Positions 50,286-61,743 of a DNA stretch of 64,000 bases are shown in pieces (the first letter of the stretch is position 1; each line of letters opens with the position of its first letter). Origin of the DNA: Octopus bimaculoides (taxonomy: Eukaryota). The translations under genes and the position numbers were made by a program. The stretch lies in the NCBI RefSeq assembly GCF_001194135.2, contig NC_068981.1, positions 54,605,747-54,669,746 of the forward strand, given 5' to 3'. The notes below the pieces were generated by a model, which searched no databases, was not told where the DNA came from, and saw only the letters and a list, made by a program, of their open reading frames with translations.

Positions 50286-51036
50286 CAAAATGAGCTAGAA
50301 TAATGAAATAGATGTGTCAGCTTTCTAACAAAAAATAAAGATTGTCAAAATATTATAATGGTGGAAAATGAGTAGCTATCAAAGTTTACCATATACCTTA
50401 CTACAAATTTCATACTTGAGAACCTAATACTTTTAGCCTCAATAAAAATTCTAACAGCTGTGTTTTTTAAGGGTTTAACCAAAGGAAGAAATGCAGCACT
50501 GTTTCCAAAACTCAAAGTAGGAAATTATCCCCAAGTCTGGCTCAAATGCTTGCAACACCCAAATATCAAGGGTGATGTTAAACTAGCCAAAGGATAATTA
50601 ACAGCTGAAAAGGATATTTAGGAAGACTATATCACAGTAAAGTTATAGTTAAAGTAAATTTTCTGCAATCACAGAGATTTTAAAAAATTCTATTTAAACA
50701 AATATCTTTCTTTTACTTGTTTCAGCACTAGACTGTGGCCATGTTGGGGTACTATCTTGTTGGACAAATCAACATTTTCTTATATTTTCTTTTCAAGTCA
50801 GGTACTTATCTACATGTCACTGGCACAGGTGCTTTTTGCATATCCCTGGCATGGGTGCCTTTTACATGTCACTGGCACAGGTGAACTCAACAATACATCC
50901 TTTTATTAGTACCAGCCTGAGGGATATGTGGCAATGCTAGAACACTACCTATACATATTCAAATAAGAAACAAAATATGCAATTATAAATCACAATACAT
51001 TTGTTAAAAAATGATACATATTAAATGGTAAGTTAC

Positions 51037-51139
51037 CTCATCTTCAGGAGTAAGTTTATCTCTTTTTTCCCAGGTGATGTATTTAACTCCCCGGAGATGA
51101 GAGAGGTCTTTGTAACAAAATTCATCCTCACAATTATAC
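51037..51139 (-). CDS. EOGT: EOGT exon, 103 nt
   Basis: ttctttcag|G+[34 protein letters not shown]|gtaact; matches EOGT [23 protein letters not shown]. Confidence 0.97.
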
Positions 51140-51372
51140 CTGAAAGAAAGAAAAAAGTATTATTAAAAAAATGTAAACTGAATTAAGTGCAAAAATACAT
51201 AAAGTCCAGTTCATTGCAATTTCTCTGAAAGAACAGAAATAAACAGCATCAAATTTTAAGCTAGGTTTGAATTTCTAATGCAATGAAGATACAATGATGA
51301 TATGCTAAATACTGGTTTCAAATTTTGGCACAAAGCCAATATGTTAAATATTAATGCAGAAATAGAATCAGA

Positions 51373-51640
51373 TATCATCATCTTCATTTAACGTCCGTTG
51401 TCCATGCTGGCATGGGTTGGACAGTTTGACCAGGGCTGGCAAGCTGGAAGATTGCACCAGGCTCCAGCTTGATTTGGCACAGTTTCTATGACTGGATGCC
51501 CTTCCTAACACTAACCACACCATAACGGGTGCTTTTACGTGCCACCAGCAAGGGTACCATTTGCATGACACCAGTATCTGCCACAACTGTGATTTTATTT
51601 GACTTTATGGGTCTTCTCAAGCACGACATGATGCCAAATG
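51373..51640 (-). mobile_element. RTE LINE 3' end with (GAT)n tail
   Basis: ATCATCATCTTCATTTAACGTCCG..GGATGCCCTTCCTAAC..; a longer copy is at 54497-54920 and decayed copies are at ~47700-47920 and 62420-62640. Confidence 0.75.
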
Positions 51641-51646
51641 TTTCAT

Positions 51647-52895
51647 TATATTGGCCAAGACGTCTATGTGGTTTTTAAGTGTAAATAAGGCAAGTTTTAA
51701 ATGCAATCAATAATATAATAAACGTTTTGTTGCAGTATCTTCAGCCATCTTGCATGCAGATCCATTATTCCTTGCTAAAAGAATGTCCAACCTTTACTAG
51801 CTAAAAAATCTTTTTCAGGTGAATTTTTACATCTTTTACAAAGTTAAAAGTCTGTTCATTTAATGAATTTTTAAGAGAGAGAAATAGGTGGAAATCTGAA
51901 GGTACAAGGTCAAGCAAATATGGAAAGTGTGGCAAAACTTTCCACCTAAGCCCCAGAAACTTCTGACACAAAGAAGAGTGCAATCTGGAATTGTTGTGAT
52001 GAAAGATAATGCCCTTATTATTAGTAAGTGTTATACCCTACTGGTGGATTGCTACATTCAATTTGTCCAACTGGTCACAAGACACATTCAAATTGATGGT
52101 CCTGACTGTGAAAAGAAGCTCATAGAAGACAACATCCTTCCAATCCCACCAAATTGAAAGCATATTCTTCTGCAGGTGAAGTCCTGCTTTGGAGGTTGGT
52201 TGTGGTTTGTCATACTTCCCCCAGGATTGCTTGTGCTTCACATTGTTATACATGATTCATTTAATCATCCTTGGTCACATTTCTCTTCATAAAAGGATTA
52301 CTTTCATCACATTTTTGCAATGAATCACAGATGGAAATTCATTGGTTGAGGTTAACCTATTTCAATTGATGTGGGAGCCAAACATTGAGCCTGCTAACAC
52401 AACCAAGTTAATGCTGATGGTTTTCAATATTTGATTTGGATATTTTGAGAGTATATCTGATCATTCTGGTTATATAGCAGGGTTGATGTTGACTAACTCC
52501 TTCATTTAGTTGCTGTTAATCTCAGCTGGCCAGCCAGAGCCAGCTACATTTTGAACTGGAAAATTTCCTGATTGAAATCTTGAAAACTGCTTCTTGCACA
52601 CACATTTCATAACAGCTTCCCTTCCATACACAAGGTATATCTTCCTGCAGAAGTCAAATGCTTTCTTGCTTTTTTAAAAATAAAAAAAAGCACGAGGTGC
52701 CAATAATGCTCATTTTGGTTCTTCAAATACAAAATACAACCTGTCTCATTGCAAGTTCACATGAAACTACATCAAAGTGTGTCATGTATCTAATGAGTGT
52801 GTATGTGCAAAGGACTGAATGAAGTTCACTACATTTTGGAGTGCTTCAAGTTTAGTGTCAACAAAAACTGAACGGACCTTTTGGCCAACCTGATA
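51647..52895 (-). mobile_element. Near full-length mariner (~1.25 kb), decayed, in an EOGT intron
   Basis: TIRs TATATTGGCCAAGACGTCTATGTGGTTTTT / AAAAACTGAACGGACCTTTTGGCCAACCTGATA; KNMLSIWWDWKDVVFYELL and KVLPHFPYLLDLVPSDFHLF motifs. Confidence 0.9.
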
Positions 52896-53886
52896 TTTGT
52901 GTTTATATTTTAGGCTGTGGACTGGCAGAGTTGCTATAGAAAGAGCAACTATTCAGACTAATTGCTTTCTGGGACAGAATACTTTGAGATATTTGTTATG
53001 GACTTCAGTGCTTTCATTTCAAACCTTGCCAAGGTAAACTTTTATTTTTATCTTTTCAGGATTGATAAAATAAAGTACTAGCATAAGGTGAAGGACTGAT
53101 CAAATTGTTATGGCACTTGTGCTTGATTCTTTGTGATCCTAGGTAATAAATCTAATCTCTCATGAAGTTTGCTTGCCTTAGTTAAACTTTTTAGTTGCAA
53201 GTATTCAGGCTTTAGGTAAGTATTTGGTTAAAGGTAACTTTTTCTTGTTCTCCCATCAATCTCAAGTGTAGCAAAAATAAAGGATCATGGGAACTGCTCT
53301 TCCTAAGGGGGTGAAAATTTTTTTTTTTTTTAACTGAAGCATAAGGCCATAAATTTTGGGGGAGAGGACAGTCAGCTATACCAATCTCATCAGACGACTG
53401 GAGCTTATTTTTATAGCCTCTGAAAGGGAAAAAGATAAGGTTGACCATGGCAAGATTTGATCTCTCAATGCAAGGAGATGCAATTAAATATACACAAAGA
53501 ATTTTTTATCTGATATCTTACTCATTCTGTCAATGCTCTGCCATTGATGTGATTATATGATGTTAATAGATTCCAAGTTTTAAGCATTTGATACAGTTTT
53601 TATCAGCTCTCCTCTTGTTATCTTTTGTAAATGACTGAATAATGAGAACAGTAGCAGATAAATGGCATCAATTATACAGCCCTGACAAACAGTAATGTTA
53701 TCAAAACCAGCAATTTGAATATAAAAGAAAAAAGAAAATATGCCCTCTTTGACCCAGAAAACAATTAGTCAAAATAAGTGCTTCTATAGCAAGATTTGTA
53801 ATACTATACTACCATATCAATGAACTTTAATAGTATTAAACAAAGCAACTTGAATAAATGAATGAATGGATAAGAATTAGACTTAC

Positions 53887-53978
53887 AATTCAAACAAAAC
53901 AGCCCAGTCAGGTAAGAATAGGGCATGTGTCAGACCAGCTCCATGCATACCAATGAAAATATCACTGTTGTGAGAAAT
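53887..53978 (-). CDS. EOGT: EOGT exon, 92 nt (GT61 catalytic-region motif)
   Basis: tttttatag|[30 protein letters not shown]+TT|gtaagt; GMHGAGLTH is the glycosyltransferase family 61 signature. Confidence 0.97.
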
Positions 53979-54496
53979 CTATAAAAACAAAATTAAAATT
54001 TGTTTTTTTAATGCATATTTAATTTAGTGTTAAATGCAGTGAACATTAAAAAGCTAATTAGAAACAATTATTCTGTGAGGAAAGGATGATATCAGTCAAA
54101 GACAAATATCCTCCTTCATATTAATTTCATTATTCTGGCAAGTGCAGTAGACAACTCTGGACATGTTTAGGTCTTATTAGACCTCCTCGGTAAAGCATAA
54201 ACTTCCTTGTACATGCTGAAGTAGCGAGGAGAGAAACCATACCAAAGCTGACATTGGAGCTCAATACAGCTCTGTAGTATGCTGGATCTTGTTAAATGAC
54301 AATGATGATGGTGGTTGTGTGCATGTGTGTGTGCATGTGGTAAGAGGCTTGTTTTCCAACCACATGGATCTGGGTTCAGTCCCACTGCATGGCACCTTCA
54401 GCAAGTGTCTTCCAGAATAGCCTTCAGCTGATCAAAGCCTTGTGAGTGGATTTGGTGGATGGAGATTGAAAGAAGCCTGTTGTGTGTGTATATATC

Positions 54497-54920
54497 ATCA
54501 TCATCATCATCATCGTTTAACGTCCGCTTTCCATGCTAGCATGGGTTGGACGATTTGACTGAGGACTGGTGAAACCGGATGGCAACACCAGGCTCCAGTC
54601 TGATTTGGCAGAGTTTCTACAGCTGGATGCCCTTCCTAACGCCAACCACTCAGAGAGTGTAGTGGGTGCTTTTACGTGTCACCCGCACGAAAACGGCCAC
54701 GCTCGAAANNNNNNNNNNNNNNNNNNNNNNNNNNNNNNNNNNNAAATGGTGTCTTTTATGTGCCACCCGCACAAGCCAGTCCAGGGGCACTGGCAACGAT
54801 CTCGCTCGAAAATCCTACAGGAGCCAGTCAGGCGGTACTGGCAACGGCCAAGCTCAAAATGGTGCATCTCATGTGCCACCCGCACAAGAACCAGTCCAGG
54901 GGCACTGGCAACGATCTTAC
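54497..54920 (-). mobile_element. RTE LINE 3' UTR/tail with tandem ~60-bp repeats
   Basis: (ATC)n tail then TTTAACGTCCGCTTTCCATGC..; repeats GTGCCACCCGCACAAG..CCAGTCCAGGGGCACTGGCAACG are complementary to 58400-58728. Confidence 0.8.
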
Positions 54921-54924
54921 TTGG

Positions 54925-54966
<42 letters not shown>

Positions 54967-55346
54967 TGTGTGTGTGTGTGTCTTTATGTCTGTCCCCTCA
55001 TCATTGCTTGACAACCAGTGTCAGCGTGTTTAGCGGAAATAGCATGAGACTGGATTGTCATTGCCGAGTCTGATATCTTGGAGGTGCTCCGCAAACCAGT
55101 CAGCCAAGCAGCATCCCATTTGACTGACGTACAGAGAAGGGCAGAAAGAGCACGAGATGCAGAAAATATATATATGGTGAGATTCTTTCAGATTTCATCT
55201 ATCAGATCCACTCACATGGTTTTGGTCAGCTCAAGGCTATAGTAGAAGACACTTGACCAAAGCACCAAGCAGTAGAACTGAACCTGAAACCATGAGGTTG
55301 AGAACCAAACTTCTTATCCACATAGCCATGTAATCAAAAAACTGAA

Positions 55347-55977
55347 CAGCTCTGTCGCATGACTTTTAGAGGCAACCTTTTGCTTCGAGGCCCAATCCTT
55401 TCAATCAAAATTCATAATCCGCACATCTTTTTATTCATAGCTATATTTTACTTTATTCTATCTGAAGTTCACCAGTTCACAATATCCTAACGAACATCTT
55501 TAAAAGTACAAGTTAAATTTATTTAGGTCTATTACAAATTTCAGTAATAAAACTTCCATGTATGAATACAAAAGCACTTTTATAATCCAGGCAACTTTCA
55601 ACGACAAACATGGCGCACTTTTTGCTTTGCGAAATCATTGATCAGTTCAGAATAATCAAGCTGAGATTTCGGATTGGTTAGCATGTAAGGTAACAGATCA
55701 TATAAGTTCATGTTCAATAGATATCATAGACAATCCACAAAGTGTGGTATATGTTCGTGGTACAATGTACTATTTTTACAAAAACTTTTACTGGTACAAT
55801 GTATTATCACTTTATTTCCTGAAATTTTCAGTTAACAAAGCTAGTTTAACTCTTGTTCAACACCTTAACCGAAGTAAATAGATGACCCATCTATGTATTT
55901 TTATCTTATCATGGGGCCCCTCAACTGTGGAGGCCCCCTGCCACGGCAGGGGTTGCAGGGGATTAGCGACGGCCCTG
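55347..55977 (-). mobile_element. Internally deleted hAT transposon
   Basis: Minus strand LCGLSMISIEHEL..LDYSELINDFAKQKVR (hAT C-terminal dimerisation motif); ends CAGGGCCGTCGC (55977) and CAGCTCTGTCGC (55347). Confidence 0.6.
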
Positions 55978-56119
55978 GTTATGAAATAGATTTTAGAATT
56001 TACTTTTCAGTCAATGTTGCTACCAACTGTGCCTTGCTCAAAGTAAGTCTATGTATGCACATATATATTTCATTGTTCAACTGAATAAAAAATTTTATAA
56101 GAACTTTTCAGAAGCTTAC

Positions 56120-56147
56120 TTTTAGTTGGTCATAAAATGACATTTGT
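56120..56147 (-). CDS. EOGT: EOGT 28-nt microexon
   Basis: tttttcatttcag|A CAA ATG TCA TTT TAT GAC CAA CTA AAA|gtaagc = (R)QMSFYDQLK; phase 2 to phase 0 exactly bridges the neighbouring exons; aligns to EOGT RELGFLDQLR. Confidence 0.92.
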
Positions 56148-56275
56148 CTGAAATGAAAAAGAAAAACTACTGTTAAGAAAAAAAAACAAAAAACAAAAAA
56201 CAAAAACAAAACTTCACATAAAATTTTCCACATATTAATCTAAGTTTAAACTAATTTTTAACTTTCATATATTTA

Positions 56276-56308
<33 letters not shown>

Positions 56309-56636
56309 TACATAAAAATATTTCAGCCAGATTTCTTGAACAGACACAGAGTATCTCTAATTGACAGAAAAGGATGTTTATAAATCCTACTATTTATCAA
56401 AGTTCTTCAGTGATTCCTCACACAATTTCATTAATGACCATTATAGTATCCATTACTTTGGAATTTATCACTTGAAAGGGATACAAGCAATTCTTTTTGG
56501 GCTAAAGTGAATGGTTCAAAATGTAGACTAAGAGAATGAATTTTTTCATACTTCTTTATCACATGTGCTTAATAAGCATAAGCTTATTCTTTTCCAGAAA
56601 ATTAAAAATATTTTCACAAAGCAGTCTGTTACTTGT

Positions 56637-57000
56637 ATTGTTATTTTTCAGGATGGTCATTTTTTCTTTTTTTTCTTGTCAAATAAACACACATACTATA
56701 TATTCATTCTTCACTTGTTTATTGTTGTTCTTGTTTTATGCCCATTGCCTGGAAATCTGTCGTCACACATCCCGTGACCTCTTCAATGTCTCTCCTGTTC
56801 TGTCTAGTCCAGAACAAGAGGAGACACGTAGGAAGGAGGGCAGCTGAAGAGGCCGCAAGATGTGAAGCAAAAGATCTCCAGACAATGGACATAAAACAAG
56901 AACAATAATAAACAAGTGAAGAACAAATATGTAGCACATGTGTTTATTTGGCAAGCAAAAAAAAAAAAAAAAAAAAAATGACCATCCTGAATATAACAAT
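56637..57000. repeat. Palindromic foldback of the hammerhead-bearing repeat family seen at 31093-31354
   Basis: Arms ATTGTTATTTTTCAGGATGGTCATTTTT.. / ..AAAAATGACCATCCTGAATATAACAAT with a ~7-nt centre at 56803-56809; each arm carries a decayed (C/T)TGAAGAGG..G..AGAT(C/T)TC core. Confidence 0.85.
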
Positions 57001-57629
57001 ATCTATTTCAACATACAATTTCACATCAGGAATCTTGCAAAACAAATAGATAAACATAAATATCTAACACTTAGTATAACTAAAAAAAAAATCTTATCAG
57101 ATTATATATTTTTCTAGAATAAGTTTACTTAATCAGCTAACAAGAAAATTGATCATTAGCCTGACTATGTGGAATCTCAGATTTTAACTCTATTATTCTA
57201 TTGATTATCTTTAGATTTGTTTTGTGGTTTGGTAGCATCAGAAATTTTTGCTATCTATTAACTATTTCCAAATTTCCAAACTAAAAAGACAGTTGATTTA
57301 TAGAGAGTGAAATAGATTTTAATTTGCAAGATGTATGTTTCAGCAAAACTGTAATCCAAAATTCACTGGTATTTCATTTCACTGGATAATTTCAAATCTA
57401 ACATGAAATTCCTCAATCAGCTAGTTAAAACAGGTATGTATATGAGAATATCTATTAAACTCAGTATGCTATTCAGGGCAAAATATAGCTCCCACTAATC
57501 AAACGATATACAAACTGGAACCTAAGAATATCTAGCTTTTAATTTAACTTCCTAATTTCATTATATTGAGCTTCATAGAATTCAGGATTATATGATATGT
57601 TAGAAGCAAAAAGGAAAAAAAAAACATAC

Positions 57630-57691
57630 CTAAAATTGAAATCCACAGCCTCAACTTCAAATTCACTGATTGTCTTCAAAGCATTTACAAG
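57630..57691 (-). CDS. EOGT: EOGT exon, 62 nt
   Basis: cttattag|LVNALKTISEFEVEAVDFNF+AG|gtatgt; matches EOGT LVNALKTVSTFEVQIVDY; ends in phase 2. Confidence 0.95.
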
Positions 57692-57802
57692 CTAATAAGG
57701 AAAATAAAACATTTTATAGTCTGGAAGGTTTTAATAAAAAAAAACAAAAAAAACTCCTGGTAAGTAGCTTGCTTACCAACCACATGGTTTCGAGTTCATT
57801 CC

Positions 57803-58728
57803 CACATAGAGTAAAAGGCAGACTGTATGACGCATGCGTACGAACAGCCATGCTTATAGCAGTGAAGCATGGGCTGTGACTGCTGAGGACATGCGTAAGC
57901 TCGCAAGGAATGAAGCCAGTATGCTCCGATGGATGAGTAATGTCAGTGTGCATACCTGACAGAGTGTAAGTATCTTGAGAGAAAAGTTGAACATAAGAAG
58001 CATCAATTGTGGTGTGCAAGAGAGACGATTGCACTGGTACGGACATGTGGTGAGAATGGATGAGGATAGCTGCATGAAAAAGTGCCACACCCTAGCGGTT
58101 GAGGGAACCCGTGGAAGAGGCAGGCCTAGGAAGATCTGGAATGAGGTGGTGAAGCACGACCTCTGAACATTAGGCCTCACCGAGGCAATGACTTGTGACC
58201 GTGACCTTTGGAAATATGCTGTGCGTGAGAAGACCCGGCAAGTCAAATGAGACCAAAATCCAAGGCCACTGCCAGGGATGTAGCCAGCCCACTTACACGT
58301 AACATTCCTTCATTGGACACTAAACTTCGCTTGCGAAGACATGGTGAGGCAAGTGAAATCGAAATCGAACTATATTTGTAGGAACACTAAACTCGGCTTG
58401 CAAAGACCTGTTGAGGCAAGCGAAAGTGAAATCATGATGGCACTTGTACCAGTGGAGCACTAAGAGCACCGTCTGTGAGCGCGATCGTTGCCAGAGCAGC
58501 AGCTATCTGGCTTCCGTGCCAGTAGCAGTAAATAGCACCAGTGTGATCGTTACCAACGTCACCTTCCTGGCACTTGTGCCAGTGGCACGTGAAAAGACAT
58601 TCGAGCGCGATTGTTGCCAGTGCCGATGTACTGGCCCCTGTGCAGGTGACACGTAAAATACACTATTTTGAGCGTGGCCATTGATCGCTACCAATGTCTC
58701 CTCCCTGGCACTTGTGCCAGTGGCACGT
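57803..58728 (+). mobile_element. RTE LINE 3' portion fused to a SINE-C head
   Basis: RVKGRLYDACVRTAML..REKLNIRSI..RRLHWYGHVVRM..GRGRPRKIW matches 49520-49960; preceded at 57758-57802 by a SINE-C tRNA head. Confidence 0.9.
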
Positions 58729-59562
58729 NNNNNNNNNNNNNNNNNNNNNNNNNNNNNNNNNNNNNNNNNNNNNNNNNNNNNNNNNNNNNNNNNNNNNNNN
58801 NNNNNNNNNNNNNNNNNNNNNNNNNNNNNNNNNNNNNNNNNNNNNNNNNNNNNNNNNNNNNNNNNNNNNNNNNNNNNNNNNNNNNNNNNNNNNNNNNNNN
58901 NNNNNNNNNNNNNNNNNNNNNNNNNNNNNNNNNNNNNNNNNNNNNNNNNNNNNNNNNNNNNNNNNNNNNNNNNNNNNNNNNNNNNNNNNNNNNNNNNNNN
59001 NNNNNNNNNNNNNNNNNNNNNNNNNNNNNNNNNNNNNNNNNNNNNNNNNNNNNNNNNNNNNNNNNNNNNNNNNNNNNNNNNNNNNNNNNNNNNNNNNNNN
59101 NNNNNNNNNNNNNNNNNNNNNNNNNNNNNNNNNNNNNNNNNNNNNNNNNNNNNNNNNNNNNNNNNNNNNNNNNNNNNNNNNNNNNNNNNNNNNNNNNNNN
59201 NNNNNNNNNNNNNNNNNNNNNNNNNNNNNNNNNNNNNNNNNNNNNNNNNNNNNNNNNNNNNNNNNNNNNNNNNNNNNNNNNNNNNNNNNNNNNNNNNNNN
59301 NNNGAAGCCCGTCGTATATATGTATATATATATATATATATGTATGTGTTTGTGTGTCTGTGTTTGTCCCTCCACCATCGCTTGACAACCGATGCTGGTG
59401 TGTTTACGCCCCCGTAACTTAGCGGTTCGGCAAAAAGAGACCGATAGAATAAGTACTAGGCTTGCAAAGAATAAGTCCTGGGGTCGATTAGCTTGACTAT
59501 AGGTGGTGCTCCAGCATGGCCACAGTCAAAATGACTGAAACAAGTAAAAGAAAAAAAAAGAG

Positions 59563-59599
<37 letters not shown>

Positions 59600-59851
59600 T
59601 ACTAATATATATATATATATACTGTAGTTGCTCTTTACTAATTTCCCTCACATTGTGTTGGTTGGCCCTGGGTTATAGTGAATGACTTACTCAAAATGTC
59701 ATTCAGTGCAACTGAATCCAAAAGCATGAGACTGCAGAGAGAGAGAGAGCAAATACTTTGACCACACAGTCAGACATGGCTGTGCCTATATGTATTCAAA
59801 AAAATTGGAAAGACTAAGTTTTTTTGTTTGAAAAACCATTATCATACTTAC

Positions 59852-59920
59852 TTCCTCTTCATTTAAAATTCTACGATATGTTGTACTTCGAGTAAGCACT
59901 GTAACTCTTATCTTATGTAG
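59852..59920 (-). CDS. EOGT: EOGT exon, 69 nt
   Basis: ttttacag|LHKIRVTVLTRSTTYRRILNEEE|gtaagt; matches EOGT [21 protein letters not shown]; follows a 101-nt intron. Confidence 0.95.
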
Positions 59921-60021
59921 CTGTAAAATAAAAGAAATAGATAATTTGAGTTTCGTATAGTTTCGACATGTCAAAGTGTCAGCTCTACAATTTAGTGATA
60001 TGTCAAATTAAAAATGCTTAC

Positions 60022-60108
60022 AAGTGGTCCTTCTTGAGATATGTTGAGACGGTGAAGGATATGTTGAGAGAAAGCCCGGAAATAACCACTCTTTTCACAT
60101 CCAGGTAC
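60022..60108 (-). CDS. EOGT: EOGT exon, 87 nt
   Basis: ttttaag|[29 protein letters not shown]|gtaagc; matches EOGT FRAFAQHVLHRLNITQEGP. Confidence 0.95.
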
Positions 60109-60755
60109 CTTAAAATATTAGAATAATCCATGATAATAATAGATAAAGTAACATTTTTAGTGTAAAAGCACTTGAAAAAAAGATTTACACTCAGTAACTC
60201 CATAAAAGTATTTCCTTAAAAACTTTTGTGGGTGTATTTCTAACAAACTAACAAAAATGCCCTACCAGTGTCTTTCAATAAACTTAGAAAATAATCAAAA
60301 ATTTGGAGGGATTTAAAAAAATAACTATTTTTATTATTAATCTGACATTTGGAACTTAAACAATTCTTATATAAAATGATGAGACATTTTAATTTAAATA
60401 TGAACACTTTAAGATAGTTAGCTGTGGTAGTCTCAAGCAGGTTTGTATTAAAAGAGTTGACGTAAATACTATATTTTAAGTCATTCTCTGATGTGATATA
60501 GTCAACTGATCGATTCTTTATGATTAGCTGTATCCATTAATGGATAATCAGTTCTGTCATGTGACTGTGATATAAATTTTCTGACAACATAGTGTATCTT
60601 CAAATTTTCTATAAAAATCATAATTTATCAAGTTTTCTGATGCCTGCAACTTCAGAAACTTCACAGGTAGTCAGAAATGATTTTAAAAATCACAATATGG
60701 ATGGGAGGGAGGGACCCAGCACAAAGACACGTGCACACATACATATATATAAATC

Positions 60756-61045
60756 GTATTGGGTTGAGGAATAATTCATGAATGTTTTTTCAAATTTAGA
60801 AATGCATGGAGAAATAAAATGCATCGGCAAAATGTTTTATGTTATTTGAAAGAGAATTTTTTGCTCTACAAGATAGTGATTTATTGATTTTTGTGTATTT
60901 TCAGATCATTAAAATGGAATGTCAAGTGGACAAGACTGAGCATTTTTGACACCATTTGCTTTTTGCATTTAATGGAGGTGTTAAGGCTACTGAAGCTGCT
61001 CGTGAGACTTGTGCTGTATAAGGAGAAAGAGCAATGTCTAGCCTA
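60756..61045 (+). mobile_element. mariner 5' fragment
   Basis: TATTGGGTTGAGGAATAATT TIR then MECQVDKTEHF*HHLLFAFNGGVKATEAARETCAV; related to 25823-26760. Confidence 0.82.
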
Positions 61046-61352
61046 CCGTTTTTAATTCTAACAGTTAAGTAATTATTGTTATACAAAAGACATTCAGACA
61101 TTCAGTATTGAAAAATTTATTCTTAACAATCCATGTATGCATTAGAAAAGAGAAAAATTAACCCTTATAAATAGCATCCAAGAAAATTCCCAAAGGATAC
61201 CATGAAATACAGTGCATGTGATGAAACAAGAACAATTTAAAGTCTAGAAGTTCAGAAAGTGACTTCCTAACCAACCCATGCTAGCAATAACAACAGATAT
61301 AAAAAGATCATTAAAATTCTAATATTTTAAACAATAGAAAATAATACCTTAC

Positions 61353-61424
61353 CAATGGCATGTTATAATACATCCCACTTCTCATACGAGGCAGAAATGA
61401 AAACACTGCATCTTTAAAACACAC
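61353..61424 (-). CDS. EOGT: EOGT exon, 72 nt
   Basis: tttgaag|[24 protein letters not shown]|gtaagg; matches the EOGT motif [24 protein letters not shown]. Confidence 0.95.
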
Positions 61425-61522
61425 CTTCAAATTAAAATAAACAAAAAATATGTCATTGATTAATATTTTTTCCATCACTGTATTATTATTTCCAATTAGC
61501 TTGTTAGTGTTCTCAGCATCAG

Positions 61523-61743
61523 CCCTTTATTATTTAAACCAACCATATCTGGTCAAAATACTTTCTCTGGTTTATGTTCAAACTGGCTAAATCCAACCTT
61601 TCACACCTACACTACAATGTCATTCCAAAAATAAATAATCACATCATCAAAATCTTGAAGGTACAAGATAATGCGTAAATTAGTTCAAAACAATGTGAAT
61701 AAATAAGCATTTCATGTGACAGAGTAATCTGAATGTTAAAGGG
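61523..61743. mobile_element. piggyBac-type MITE (second copy, reverse orientation)
   Basis: Ends ..GACAGAGTAATCTGAATGTTAAAGGG|TTAA, the reverse complement of the start of 43528-43809. Confidence 0.7.

Noticed and set aside
58400-58728. Regularly spaced GTGCCAGTGGCACGT-type repeats (also 50090-50280 and 54660-54920) superficially like a CRISPR array
   Set aside because: The context is eukaryotic, the spacers are mutually similar, and the repeats always sit in the RTE 3' UTR; there are no cas genes.
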